Positions 36,146-45,579 of a DNA stretch of 50,423 nt are shown one piece after another. The stretch covers positions 1 through 50,423 of the forward strand of contig CALDQY010000297.1 of assembly GCA_937911445.1 (NCBI GenBank), read 5' to 3'. Each line of letters opens with the position of its first letter. The stretch's first letter is position 1. The notes beneath the pieces are model-generated. The model ran no database searches. It had not been told where the DNA came from and saw nothing but the letters and a program-made list of their open reading frames with translations. The stretch is from an uncultured Rhodobiaceae bacterium (lineage in GTDB: Archaea; Thermoplasmatota; Poseidoniia; Poseidoniales; Poseidoniaceae). The translations under genes and the position numbers were made by a program.

Positions 36146-36207
36146 GATTTTACTTCGTGATTAGGCCCAATCGGAGGCGTTTAATGCAGGTGTTGTGAGG
36201 AATCAAC

Positions 36208-37203
36208 ATGGCCGAGTCATCCCAGAGTCCATTCCAAGCCCCGGCTTGTGATGTCTGTGGAAAGGATGCGGTGGTCGAACAAGCCTACTCGGGGCGTATC
36301 CTGTGTGGCTACCATCTTGAAAAATCGATTCGAAAGAAGGTGGCCAAGGAGCTTCGCAAGCAACTGCATCTCGACAAATCAAAACCAACAACGGTCTTTG
36401 TGGCCATCTCTGGTGGTAAGGACTCGGCAGTTCTGCTAACATTGCTCGTCGAATTGATCGGAATGCGGCGAGACGTTCGAATCGTCGCTGGTTGTGTCGA
36501 TGAAGGCATTGATGGATACCGCCCACCTTCGATGCAGTGTGCTATCGATTTGTGCGAAACACTCGGCGTTGAATTCATCTCAACAAGCTACGAACAGCTC
36601 GACTTCCATCAAATGGATGAGGTTGTGAAACGCCTACCTGTTGTTTCTGAATCGAACGAAGGTGTCTCGATGATGCCTTGTTCCTACTGTGGCGTGTTCC
36701 GTCGACAAGGCATCAACGCATTGGCTCGACAGGTTGGAGCAGACGTCGTCGCTCTCGGCCACAACTTGGACGATATGGCTCAGACCGTTTTGATGAACAT
36801 GACCAATGGGGACATCGATCGAACGTTGCGACTTGCCCCTCACACGGATGCTCCAGTTGATGGCCTACCACCGAGAATCGTTCCATTACGATGGATTCCT
36901 GAACAAGAGATTCATCTACTTGCGATGCACAAGCAATTGCCACTTCATCATGAGGAGTGTCCTTACGCACAAGGTGCACTGCGCTGGCGTTATCGTGACA
37001 TCGTTGCTCAACTCGAACAAGATGTACCTGGTACGAGGCATAGTTTGGTACGGATGTCGGACAACATCAAGCAAGTTGCTCGAGAAGGCACGCCTTCTGT
37101 CCATTCACACCCAACAAAGTGTCAGCGTTGTGGCTCGCCAACCTCTGGAACTACATGCAAAGCATGCGATATGCGAGACCTTCTCGATGTTGACTTAGAG
37201 TAG
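36208..37203 (+). CDS. tRNA 2-thiolation PP-loop ATPase, TtuA/Ncs6(Ctu1) family
   Basis: N-terminal CxxC zinc finger (CDVCGKD...CGYH), PP-loop SGGKDS, catalytic PCSYCGVFRR and ECPY cysteines, and a C-terminal zinc finger CQRCGSPTSGTTCKAC. Confidence 0.85.
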   Translation: MAESSQSPFQAPACDVCGKDAVVEQAYSGRILCGYHLEKSIRKKVAKELRKQLHLDKSKPTTVFVAISGGKDSAVLLTLLVELIGMRRDVRIVAGCVDEGIDGYRPPSMQCAIDLCETLGVEFISTSYEQLDFHQMDEVVKRLPVVSESNEGVSMMPCSYCGVFRRQGINALARQVGADVVALGHNLDDMAQTVLMNMTNGDIDRTLRLAPHTDAPVDGLPPRIVPLRWIPEQEIHLLAMHKQLPLHHEECPYAQGALRWRYRDIVAQLEQDVPGTRHSLVRMSDNIKQVAREGTPSVHSHPTKCQRCGSPTSGTTCKACDMRDLLDVDLE

Positions 37204-37671
37204 GTTGTGAATCAACTCGTCCAAATCTTGTGGGCGCTGGCAGTAATGACAACGTAGCGTCAATGGGTCCGTCTTCGTCACCTTCAGTCGATGTGGAAGA
37301 GGCTCTCTTGGGTTCTGCGTAATGCAGTTTGAGAACGTACATCGAACAACGTTTCGCACTTCTTCACCAAGGTTCACATTCAACTTCTCTGCTACAGAAT
37401 ATGCACGGATAATCGCGATGCTGCAGTCGGGAGCAACCAATGCCAAGCGGTCGAGTTCAGATTGGGTTAGCTCGCGGTCTTCAACCTTGATAATGTCCTT
37501 TGATCCCATCTTCTTGGATGGGACATTCATCACCAGAGATACAGGAACAGATGTATCACCAGAAAGGCTGAGCAATTCCAAGACTTTCAGTGCTTGTCCG
37601 GATGGAATGTGATCAATGACCGTTCCATTCTTGATTGCAGTGACGCGTCGCATGTTGTGTTCATCAGCCAT
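37195..37671 (-). CDS. pyrI: Aspartate carbamoyltransferase regulatory subunit
   Basis: VTAIKNGTVIDHIPSGQALKVLELL plus a C-terminal zinc cluster (CTFSNC...CHYC). The start overlaps the pyrB stop by 1 nt (TGATG). Confidence 0.9.
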   Translation of the reverse strand: MADEHNMRRVTAIKNGTVIDHIPSGQALKVLELLSLSGDTSVPVSLVMNVPSKKMGSKDIIKVEDRELTQSELDRLALVAPDCSIAIIRAYSVAEKLNVNLGEEVRNVVRCTFSNCITQNPREPLPHRLKVTKTDPLTLRCHYCQRPQDLDELIHNLL

Positions 37672-38615
37672 CAGGCATCACCTCCCGCAATCTCAGCAGG
37701 GACTTCGATGTTCAGTAGTCGACATAGGAGAGCCATTCGAGCGACAACACCGTTGAAGGCTTGCTCAAAGTAGCGTGCATGTCGAGTTGAATCGACGCTT
37801 GGATGGATTTCGTCGACACGTGGAAGAGGGTGAAGAATGACCATTTCCGACTTGGCGTTGTCAAGGTCTCGTGCATGCAATTTGTAGGCGCCTGCAACCT
37901 TGGCATATTCATCCTCATCAGCAAACCGTTCCTTTTGGATTCGAGTCATGTAGACAACGTCGGCTTGGTTGATGTTACCAAGGAGGTCTTCGGTTTCAGT
38001 GACGTCTGCACCGTGCTCACGCAGATCTTCAACAATCTCTGGTGGCATTCGCAGCAGTTCAGGAGATGCAAAGATCAAGCGGCAACCAAAGCGAACGAGC
38101 GCATGGGAGAGGCTGTGGACGGTACGACCGTATCGGAGATCCCCCGCAAGAATGACTGTCAGCCCTTCAAGCGTTCCATGGGACTGCTGAATGGTGAACA
38201 AATCGAGCATGGTTTGTGTGGGGTGATGTCCTGCACCGTCTCCACCGTTGAGAATAGGCACACGTGCAGCATCTTGTGCGTATCGAGCAGCACCTTGTCG
38301 AGGGTGCCGCATAGCGATAATGTCGGTATACCCATCGACCATTTGGATGGTGTCAAACAGTGTTTCGCCTTTCACAACAGAGGACGTTTTGACATCACCA
38401 AGGTTGACAACATCGCCACCGAGTCGCTTCATAGCGGTCTCAAAAGACATCCGAGTTCGCGTGCTTGGTTCAAAGAACAGGTTGCCTAGAATCTTTCCTT
38501 GCAAGAGTGGAAGGTAGGTCTCTCCACGTGCAACAGGCAAAAGCCGCTCAGCATCGTCAAGAATGCTGTGTATGTCGTCGTTGGTCAAATCGTCCATCGT
38601 GATGAGTCCTTTCAT
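37671..38615 (-). CDS. pyrB: Aspartate carbamoyltransferase catalytic subunit
   Basis: Motifs FFEPSTRTRMSFE, HPTQ and HPLPR. Confidence 0.95.
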   Translation of the reverse strand: MKGLITMDDLTNDDIHSILDDAERLLPVARGETYLPLLQGKILGNLFFEPSTRTRMSFETAMKRLGGDVVNLGDVKTSSVVKGETLFDTIQMVDGYTDIIAMRHPRQGAARYAQDAARVPILNGGDGAGHHPTQTMLDLFTIQQSHGTLEGLTVILAGDLRYGRTVHSLSHALVRFGCRLIFASPELLRMPPEIVEDLREHGADVTETEDLLGNINQADVVYMTRIQKERFADEDEYAKVAGAYKLHARDLDNAKSEMVILHPLPRVDEIHPSVDSTRHARYFEQAFNGVVARMALLCRLLNIEVPAEIAGGDA

Positions 38616-38660
38616 AGAATGTCCCCTTCTTCACCAACCATCCAAGCACACCCATGAACA

Positions 38661-40487
38661 TTGTTGCCAAAGAGTATGCAAAGAGTCGGTGGTTTCTTCA
38701 TCAAAACCATGTGTGCTCAATTCATGCTCTGGGGGGATGTCGATGAAGCGATTAAGGCTGAACGACTTCTTAGAGTCCAGAGAATCGAGCGATTAAGCAC
38801 CATTTGTGCCTTGTTTTGTTTGAGTGGAGCCATCTGGTTGGCTTGGCCGGTTCTCAAGGATGCTTTTGTTGGCGACGCGAGTCTGCTCACAGGACTCGGT
38901 ATGCCCGTCTTGGTGCTGTTGTGGGGTATCGTCATTCAGGATTTGATCCTCGACGATCCTCGTGCGCGGACACGAATTGGAGCAGCTACAAGCATTGTTT
39001 GGCCAGTGTTGCTGATGTTCTCGCTCCGTGCATACTCATCGAGCATGGCTGACATTGCAGCGACCATTCTCTTCGCATCGTTGGGATTGGCTATGTACCA
39101 ATCCTCAGCAAACACACTACGTGGTGGCATTGATGTGATGCGTTTCCGGGCGATGATGACGAGCCTTGGTGCATTAACTGTGGTGGGAATGCTTGTCGGT
39201 GATCGTGCAGGTGAAACATGGATTGACGAGCCAAAAGATTGGGCGCATCCTCTTCTCAGCCTCTTCGTTGTAGGACACGTGGTCTACCTCTGGTTCATCG
39301 GTGATGATATGCGTGAAGAACGGAAAGCCTTCCGTCAAGAATTGGATGCCATCGAGAACCGTCTTCTTGTCTTGCGTTCCGAAGGGGCAGCTGTTGACCA
39401 AGCCAGCAGCCTTGTCATGACAGCGAAGGAGGAAGGACACATCGATCCTGCCTTTGGTATGCGTTTGCTTCGAGAGGCGGCTGAGGACATTGAACGCTCT
39501 CTTTCGCTTGCAACCGATGTGGATGTTGTGCGAAGTGAAGCCCTACTCGTTATCCAACATGCTGAAGAATTGGCGCCACTGGCAAAGCGTCCCCGTAAAT
39601 CCTACGAAATGGGTGAGCGCGAAGCGAGCCTTGGTTCGCTACGAGAAGCGGAAGGGTTGTTCCGTCAAGCCAAGCGCCGTGCTCAAGAAATCGTTACCTG
39701 GTGGGAACAAGCAGAGGAAGCCATACGCACGGCAGAAGAACTGCTCACAGGCCAATCTGGTGCAACCATTGACAACCTGCGTCAAATTGTACGTGATGCG
39801 AAGAAACAACTCGATCGTGAAGCGCCCAAGAAAGCCTTCGAACTTGCTTGTGTGATTCCTATTCAACTTCAAGCCGATGGTGACGCAAAAGAACGTGCTG
39901 TCGAAGTTCTCGGTGATGCTGCAAAGGCGCTCAAGGCTGCAGATGGATTCGATACATCCGAACTTGAACACCGACTCGAACAAGCCGAGGCTGCTCTTGA
40001 AGCAGGTGATACCGGTCAATCCATCGGTCTGGCCGAAGGTGTCATTCGTGTGATTCAGGTCGAACGTGAGGCCATGGAAACCGTTCGAAGGGCTCTTCGA
40101 CAACGCAAGAAAATCACTGAACGGTTCGGTGGTTTCGCCGATGAGAAGGAATGGATGACACGATTCAAGCAGGTTCAGTCAGCGGCTGATGATCGTCAAT
40201 GGAGTCATGCTGCAACACTGCTTGAACGCCTCACCGTCGATCTCGATGCCCTTGGTAATGAGCAAGGTGAGGCACAGACTCTGCTCGATTTCCTTCGTCA
40301 GGAATGGTCTGTTTTGAGAAATCAGTGCACGGCATCGAGCATTCCTGTGACAGATGAAGACATGAAACAAACCGAGGCTTCTATTGCACTTGCCGAAGAG
40401 CGACTCATTGGAGGCCAAGTAGAGGCTGCTTTGGAACAACTTGGACAAGCAGATGCATCCATGGAGCGTTTGCGACGACGTGTTTGA
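38661..40487 (+). CDS. Membrane protein (about 6 TM) with ~380-aa charged all-helical C-terminal domain, unknown function
   Basis: ORF only. The track start is TTG at 38661, with in-frame ATGs at 38676 and 38709 (and a further one at 38724). The N-terminal half is hydrophobic. The C-terminal half is E/A/R/L-rich with repeated AEEA/LEQAEAALEAG-type helices. Confidence 0.6.
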   Translation: MLPKSMQRVGGFFIKTMCAQFMLWGDVDEAIKAERLLRVQRIERLSTICALFCLSGAIWLAWPVLKDAFVGDASLLTGLGMPVLVLLWGIVIQDLILDDPRARTRIGAATSIVWPVLLMFSLRAYSSSMADIAATILFASLGLAMYQSSANTLRGGIDVMRFRAMMTSLGALTVVGMLVGDRAGETWIDEPKDWAHPLLSLFVVGHVVYLWFIGDDMREERKAFRQELDAIENRLLVLRSEGAAVDQASSLVMTAKEEGHIDPAFGMRLLREAAEDIERSLSLATDVDVVRSEALLVIQHAEELAPLAKRPRKSYEMGEREASLGSLREAEGLFRQAKRRAQEIVTWWEQAEEAIRTAEELLTGQSGATIDNLRQIVRDAKKQLDREAPKKAFELACVIPIQLQADGDAKERAVEVLGDAAKALKAADGFDTSELEHRLEQAEAALEAGDTGQSIGLAEGVIRVIQVEREAMETVRRALRQRKKITERFGGFADEKEWMTRFKQVQSAADDRQWSHAATLLERLTVDLDALGNEQGEAQTLLDFLRQEWSVLRNQCTASSIPVTDEDMKQTEASIALAEERLIGGQVEAALEQLGQADASMERLRRRV

Positions 40488-43046
40488 TCAGACAAGGTCT
40501 CGTTGAACCAAATCACTGTGATTGATACCGCTCGGCAATCCAAGATCGACAGGCATACCAGCGATGGTCGTGATGACACCATAGAGGTGCAAGTAGAGTC
40601 CATGTGGAGGCTCACGTTCTCCGTTGTATGGAATCTTTTTCCAAAGATTGGATTTCATCCAGTACTTCGATACGGATTGATCCTTTGAGTGAACTATCCA
40701 GGCATTGGCTCGCCCTGCATGCTTTCTGGCTTGTGTTGAACCGAGTCGTGGTGAGATGTGAACTGTATGCAAAATAGGCCACTCTCGCATCCAATCGCCT
40801 GCAGAGTCGATGAGCATGGTCATCTTGGTCGGTTCTGTAGCCATTGCATCAAGCAGTCCCAATTCATTCAGAATTCGAGCCAATGAACGAACGTGTGGAT
40901 GACGTGGCTCCTGTTTCCTCAATTCACGTGCAATACGAACAGCCGTGTTTGGTCGACCTGCATCAAGGTGCAACAGGGCTGTAACTACTCGCCCTTGTGA
41001 CCACGTCGATGTTGGCAATTCAGCGTGTTCCTCATGCTTCTTCATGAAGGCTTCAAGCATCGACAAGGCTTCTTCGCTCCGTCCACTGAGACGCATTCGA
41101 GCACAATCGCCGAGCAGCATCAATCGATCAGCTGGCTTGTTTCGATAGGTGGTATTGGCTCGAGGCTCTCCGTTCGCCGTTCTGTTGAGCAAATCGATGT
41201 TTCGACGCATGAGCGGATCAACACCGAGAACGGGTTGTGAGGCACTCGGAACACTTCGTTTTGAATCAAGCACGGCAGCAAACCATTGCAATCGAGCTGC
41301 TTCGATGTCGCTCTTGTTCAAGAGTGCAAGTCGAGGCGCAGCCTCTGGGAGATCTCGTTGACAGAGACTTGCAGCTGCAAGAATCAATCGTGCAACTTGT
41401 GCATCCCGACCTGTTTGTAATGCAAGCAATGAGACTGCGTTTTCCTCCGCTTCCTCCCATCGATTCAACCCAGCAAACAACTGCATTTTCGCTCCCGTTT
41501 GCCGCAACAAGTCCAATCCTTGCGTTGATGATTCAGTCGGATTCAGGATTTCATCGTAATGTTCGATGGCTCGCGTCCATTTGTCTTGAGCAATCAATTC
41601 CGTAAATGGTCGCTGTTTTAGATAGATCATGTCTTCCATCTGTGTCAACATTTGGCGCTGCTCACTGATGCTTGCATCAAAGGTGATATCATCGAGTTTG
41701 GAGCCGACCTGAAGCGATGTAAGCCAGATGAGAAGAAAACAAATTTGACCCCCAGATGCCAACATCCAGGTCAATTCTTCCATCGCATCCTTCTCGACAT
41801 AGGTGCACAGCGTGTTTTCCCAATCACCACAAGCACCGCCTTGTGGAAGGAACGAGGAATCCCAGAATGTGATCATGGCGAGAGCGAGAAGGAGCATCGA
41901 CTGTCCCGCAAATCCTGTGAAACAGAAGTTGAGTACTTTGGCTTGTTGAGAGCGTTCTGCACGAAGCAATCGACTGTCTGCTAAACGAATACCTCCTCGA
42001 CCCGAAACATCTTGAACATCGAGGAAAAGAATCCTTGCAACTTCGTAAACGAACAGGAAGCCAACCAAGGCAACGTTGAGGAGAAGGAACAACAGAATTG
42101 ACGTGACCAGTGGGACACGTAATCCTGGATCTGGAATGTTGGAAAACAACTCGATAAGGAAGAATCCAAGGATTCCACCTTCTTCCATGATGGTTGCTTG
42201 TTCTCGGTATTCTGGAAGTTCGAGAACTCGTTCAGAATGCGTGAACAATTCAGGCGCAACAAGGATGGCGATCAACGAGAGCAGCGTGTTGATGGCGACC
42301 ACAGGCATGGCCAATGTGTTGAGATGAACAATTCGTGCGATCACTTGCTGACGCGCATTTGGTGCATGATTGTGGAATGGAGAAGGATTGCCTTTCGCAA
42401 TCTGAGCAGATGATTGACGAAGCGCTTGCCATGACGTCCCCATGACTCGGCCATATGCAACGATAGAAGGCGAAAAGGCAAGGAGCAACGATGCGCTAAG
42501 TCGATGCGTAAATGGAACGCCCCACGAGCCGAGAAGTGAGTAAAACAGGCCTACACCAAGGAACCAGAAGATTGTCAGGGCGATGTAAGCGGTGTTGCGT
42601 GCACTGCTGGATTCCTGCAACTTTGCTTTCCCATGTCCAATTGGTTTGATAATTTGGGCGCCCAGAGAAGAACCCGATGAAATGATTGCAGGAAGGATAA
42701 TCAGAATCAATGCGAGTGAAATGTTTGGAGCGTGAAAACCGTCGCTCTTACCTTGTGCATAGATGATGTATTCAAAGAAGAGAAGCAATGCACCTGTCAG
42801 TGCAAAAAGGTAGGTTGCGACTCCGAAACGCATGCCGCGTGAACGAAGCAAATCACGTGCTTCACCAAACGATTCTGTTACTGTATGGACCTCGTATCGC
42901 ATAGGCCCTGTCTCGAATGCAACTTGCAATCCACGCAATTGTCGTGGAACAACCGTTCGCCAAAACAACAGGGCGATGACGGCTGCTAAGATCAATGGAA
43001 CAACGGCGATGGAGGCAAACCCCTCAACTATCACCGGTCCAGTCAT
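40488..43046 (-). CDS. Large (852 aa) polytopic membrane protein with TPR-like helical-repeat C-terminal domain, unknown function
   Basis: ORF with at least 10 hydrophobic helices in the first ~470 aa, then an A/L/R-rich helical-repeat region. I recognise no catalytic motif. Its stop abuts the convergent gene's stop (TGATCA). Confidence 0.6.
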   Translation of the reverse strand: MTGPVIVEGFASIAVVPLILAAVIALLFWRTVVPRQLRGLQVAFETGPMRYEVHTVTESFGEARDLLRSRGMRFGVATYLFALTGALLLFFEYIIYAQGKSDGFHAPNISLALILIILPAIISSGSSLGAQIIKPIGHGKAKLQESSSARNTAYIALTIFWFLGVGLFYSLLGSWGVPFTHRLSASLLLAFSPSIVAYGRVMGTSWQALRQSSAQIAKGNPSPFHNHAPNARQQVIARIVHLNTLAMPVVAINTLLSLIAILVAPELFTHSERVLELPEYREQATIMEEGGILGFFLIELFSNIPDPGLRVPLVTSILLFLLLNVALVGFLFVYEVARILFLDVQDVSGRGGIRLADSRLLRAERSQQAKVLNFCFTGFAGQSMLLLALAMITFWDSSFLPQGGACGDWENTLCTYVEKDAMEELTWMLASGGQICFLLIWLTSLQVGSKLDDITFDASISEQRQMLTQMEDMIYLKQRPFTELIAQDKWTRAIEHYDEILNPTESSTQGLDLLRQTGAKMQLFAGLNRWEEAEENAVSLLALQTGRDAQVARLILAAASLCQRDLPEAAPRLALLNKSDIEAARLQWFAAVLDSKRSVPSASQPVLGVDPLMRRNIDLLNRTANGEPRANTTYRNKPADRLMLLGDCARMRLSGRSEEALSMLEAFMKKHEEHAELPTSTWSQGRVVTALLHLDAGRPNTAVRIARELRKQEPRHPHVRSLARILNELGLLDAMATEPTKMTMLIDSAGDWMREWPILHTVHISPRLGSTQARKHAGRANAWIVHSKDQSVSKYWMKSNLWKKIPYNGEREPPHGLYLHLYGVITTIAGMPVDLGLPSGINHSDLVQRDLV

Positions 43047-43102
43047 GGATTTGCCACACCCTGCTTCCTTTTATGGAGTGCGAATTGATGCAGTGATTCT
43101 GT

Positions 43103-45130
43103 TCAGTTTTCCTGTGGTTTTGGGACCAAGGAGGGTTCTGAAATTTTGTTGTCAATTTCATCTTTGAGATCGGAGAGGAATTGGTCAACAGGGATATCTG
43201 CGATTTGGTCGCCTGTTCGTGATCGCAACGAGACGCAGTTGTTGTTCATTTCACCATCGCCAAGAATCATGAGATAGGCAGGGCGCATCTTGCGATGGGT
43301 TCGGATCTTCTTTCCAATCGTATCGTCACCATCATCGATTTTGACTCGAACGCCAACATCCTTCAATCTCTGAGCAACTTCGGATGCATATTGCTTGTGC
43401 TTCTCAGAAATGGTGAGGATGTGGACCTGTGTTGGCGACAACCAGGTAGGGAATTTTCCAGCAAAGTGCTCGATGAGCACACCACAGAAACGCTCCATTG
43501 ACCCAAATGGTGCACGATGAATCATCACAGGGCGATGGTTTTCACCGTCGCTACCCTTGTACCACAAATCGAAACGCTCAGGAAGGTTGTAATCGACTTG
43601 AACGGTTCCAAGTTGCCATTCTCGCCCAATGACGTCTTTGACAACGAAATCGATCTTTGGTCCGTAGAAGGCTGCCTCGCCTTCCTCCTCGGACCAGTTG
43701 ACACCGAGTTGGGCCGCTGCAGAGCGACATGCTTCTTCGGCCCGATCCCACCGGTCGGATTCACCAACGTACTTGTCGCTGTTCGGGTCACGCAAACCGA
43801 CTCGCACGCGGTAATCGTGCATACCTAGAACGTCAAAGATAGTTTGAACGAGTTCGATGCATCCCATGACCTCGTCAGCAATTTGGTCTTCAGTAACGAA
43901 GAGATGTGCATCGTCTTGTGTAAATCCACGAACACGAGTCATTCCAGAGATTTCACCGGATTGCTCCCAGCGGTAGACCGTTCCAAACTCTGCAAGCCGG
44001 AGTGGAAGGTCTCGATAGGAACGAGCTTGTGATGCATAGATCTTGACGTGATGTGGACAGTTCATCGGTTTGAGCATGTATCCATCAATGTCTCCGGTGC
44101 TCATCAGGTTGGACAATTCGGAGCATGAGCATCCCTCGTCGGCGAGTTTCTTCATCAGGTCACGTTCAACGAGTGGAGGATATTGACTGTCCTGGTAGTA
44201 GGGGAAGTGTCCAGATGTACGGTACAAATCCAGTTTTCCGATATGGGGCGTGAACACTTGGTCGTATCCTTGTCGGCGCAAATGATGTGAGATGAAATCT
44301 TGCAATTGCTGTCGAACAATAGCACCGCGCGGTGTCCAGAGAATGAGTCCTTGACCGACTTCTTCGTCAACATGGAACAGTTGCAAATCCTTGCCAAGTT
44401 TTCGATGGTCGCGTAGTTTCGCTTGTTCCATTCGATGCAATGTTGCTTTCAGTGCTTCTTTTGTTGGCTCAACAATGCCGTAAATTCGCACCAACTGTTC
44501 ACGAGATTGATCGCCACGCCAGTATGCAGAGGAGACCGAAGTAAGACGACTGAACATCAATTTCGCTGTACTTGGAACGTGTGGGCCTAAACAAAGGTCG
44601 TACCACTCACCTTGCTTGTAGATGGTCGAGCCATCTCCGTCTTCCAATTTGTCATCGATGATTTCAATCTTGTACGGATTCGATGTAAAGTGCTCACGGA
44701 GTTCTTGGTCGTCCAATTCCACACGCTCAACCTTGAGATTTCGTCGAGCAATCTCGTGCATTTTTTTCTCGATAGGTTTCAAATCGCCTTCGCCAATAGG
44801 TTCCATTGCAAAGTCGTAGTAGAATCCACGATCGATGGCGGGACCAATGGTCGGCTTTGCATCAGGATAGAGTTCCATGACCGCTTGCGCCAACAAGTGC
44901 GCAGCACTGTGGCGAAGAATGTGAATGCCTTCATCGCTCTCAGCAAGAATACCTTCAACATCGCAATCATCTGTTAGTGGTGTGGAGAGGTCGCGTTCAA
45001 CATTGTTGATGCGTGCTGCGAGGCATCCATGCTTCTTTCCAAGTGCATCGGTCACGACTTCGCCAGCAGTTACGCCTGCTGCGTATTCGTTGACAGTACC
45101 ATCAGGAAGGGTAACGTTGACCATCGACAT
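43103..45130 (-). CDS. thrS: Threonyl-tRNA synthetase (TGS domain, editing domain, class II core, anticodon-binding domain)
   Basis: TGS start MSMVNVTLPDGT, editing-domain HILRHSAAHLLAQAV, and class II motifs (MNCPHH, FRWEQSGE-like YRWEQSGEISGMTRVRGFTQDDAH). The track start at 45193 is TTG, and ATG 45130 fits the TGS N-terminus. Confidence 0.95.
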   Translation of the reverse strand: MSMVNVTLPDGTVNEYAAGVTAGEVVTDALGKKHGCLAARINNVERDLSTPLTDDCDVEGILAESDEGIHILRHSAAHLLAQAVMELYPDAKPTIGPAIDRGFYYDFAMEPIGEGDLKPIEKKMHEIARRNLKVERVELDDQELREHFTSNPYKIEIIDDKLEDGDGSTIYKQGEWYDLCLGPHVPSTAKLMFSRLTSVSSAYWRGDQSREQLVRIYGIVEPTKEALKATLHRMEQAKLRDHRKLGKDLQLFHVDEEVGQGLILWTPRGAIVRQQLQDFISHHLRRQGYDQVFTPHIGKLDLYRTSGHFPYYQDSQYPPLVERDLMKKLADEGCSCSELSNLMSTGDIDGYMLKPMNCPHHVKIYASQARSYRDLPLRLAEFGTVYRWEQSGEISGMTRVRGFTQDDAHLFVTEDQIADEVMGCIELVQTIFDVLGMHDYRVRVGLRDPNSDKYVGESDRWDRAEEACRSAAAQLGVNWSEEEGEAAFYGPKIDFVVKDVIGREWQLGTVQVDYNLPERFDLWYKGSDGENHRPVMIHRAPFGSMERFCGVLIEHFAGKFPTWLSPTQVHILTISEKHKQYASEVAQRLKDVGVRVKIDDGDDTIGKKIRTHRKMRPAYLMILGDGEMNNNCVSLRSRTGDQIADIPVDQFLSDLKDEIDNKISEPSLVPKPQEN

Positions 45131-45186
45131 GGGGACGCCTCTTGCCTTACCCTCGACGGTCCCATTCATCAATGCGACGCTTGAAA

Positions 45187-45483
45187 TCACCAATCAACGA
45201 TGATGTCATCATCCAAACCCTGACTCGGTTTCTCAAGAATGACTTGTTGTTTGGCCTCCTCTTCCTGCTCCCTCTTTGGTGTTGAAACAACAAAGGAATC
45301 CGGCGTTTGTGCACCACCGAGTTTGAATCCGAATTGTGGCTTTGTTTCCTCAACCGTTGGTGATTCTGTTTGAGGTTCAGGGACGACGTCTCCGTGTGTT
45401 GCCTCACCCTTGCCCATTTCTTTCATGCTCTCTTTCATGATGTCATCGAGGGCAATCTCGTCCGGTTCGGATTGTTTGACCAT
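45187..45483 (-). CDS. Small acidic, probably disordered protein (98 aa), unknown function
   Basis: ORF with an ATG start, E/D/P/K/Q-rich, ending DDDIIVDW. No motif recognised, so coding status is uncertain. Confidence 0.35.
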   Translation of the reverse strand: MVKQSEPDEIALDDIMKESMKEMGKGEATHGDVVPEPQTESPTVEETKPQFGFKLGGAQTPDSFVVSTPKREQEEEAKQQVILEKPSQGLDDDIIVDW

Positions 45484-45579
45484 GGAACGCCATCATCCGT
45501 AGCAACATGAAAACATCGGTTGATTGATTCCATACGGTTGAGAGCAATGATTGAAAACAAAACGAATAAACGTCAAATT

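Noticed and set aside
35960-36207. Replication origin (ORB-like TTCCA cores, G-string, inverted repeats)
   Set aside because: There is no orc1/cdc6 gene nearby. The sequence between the inverted repeats is not a clear AT-rich unwinding element, and the match to ORB/mini-ORB consensus needs insertions. I kept it only as a minor alternative in the repeat finding.
45131-45193. N-terminal extensions implied by track starts: thrS 45193, pyrG 48377, the COG3199 gene 45520 and the 608-aa membrane protein 38661
   Set aside because: I checked these start codons in the sequence and they are TTG. Downstream ATGs reproduce the canonical family N-termini (MSMVNVTLPDG for Thr[13 protein letters not shown] for Pyr[13 protein letters not shown] for COG3199).
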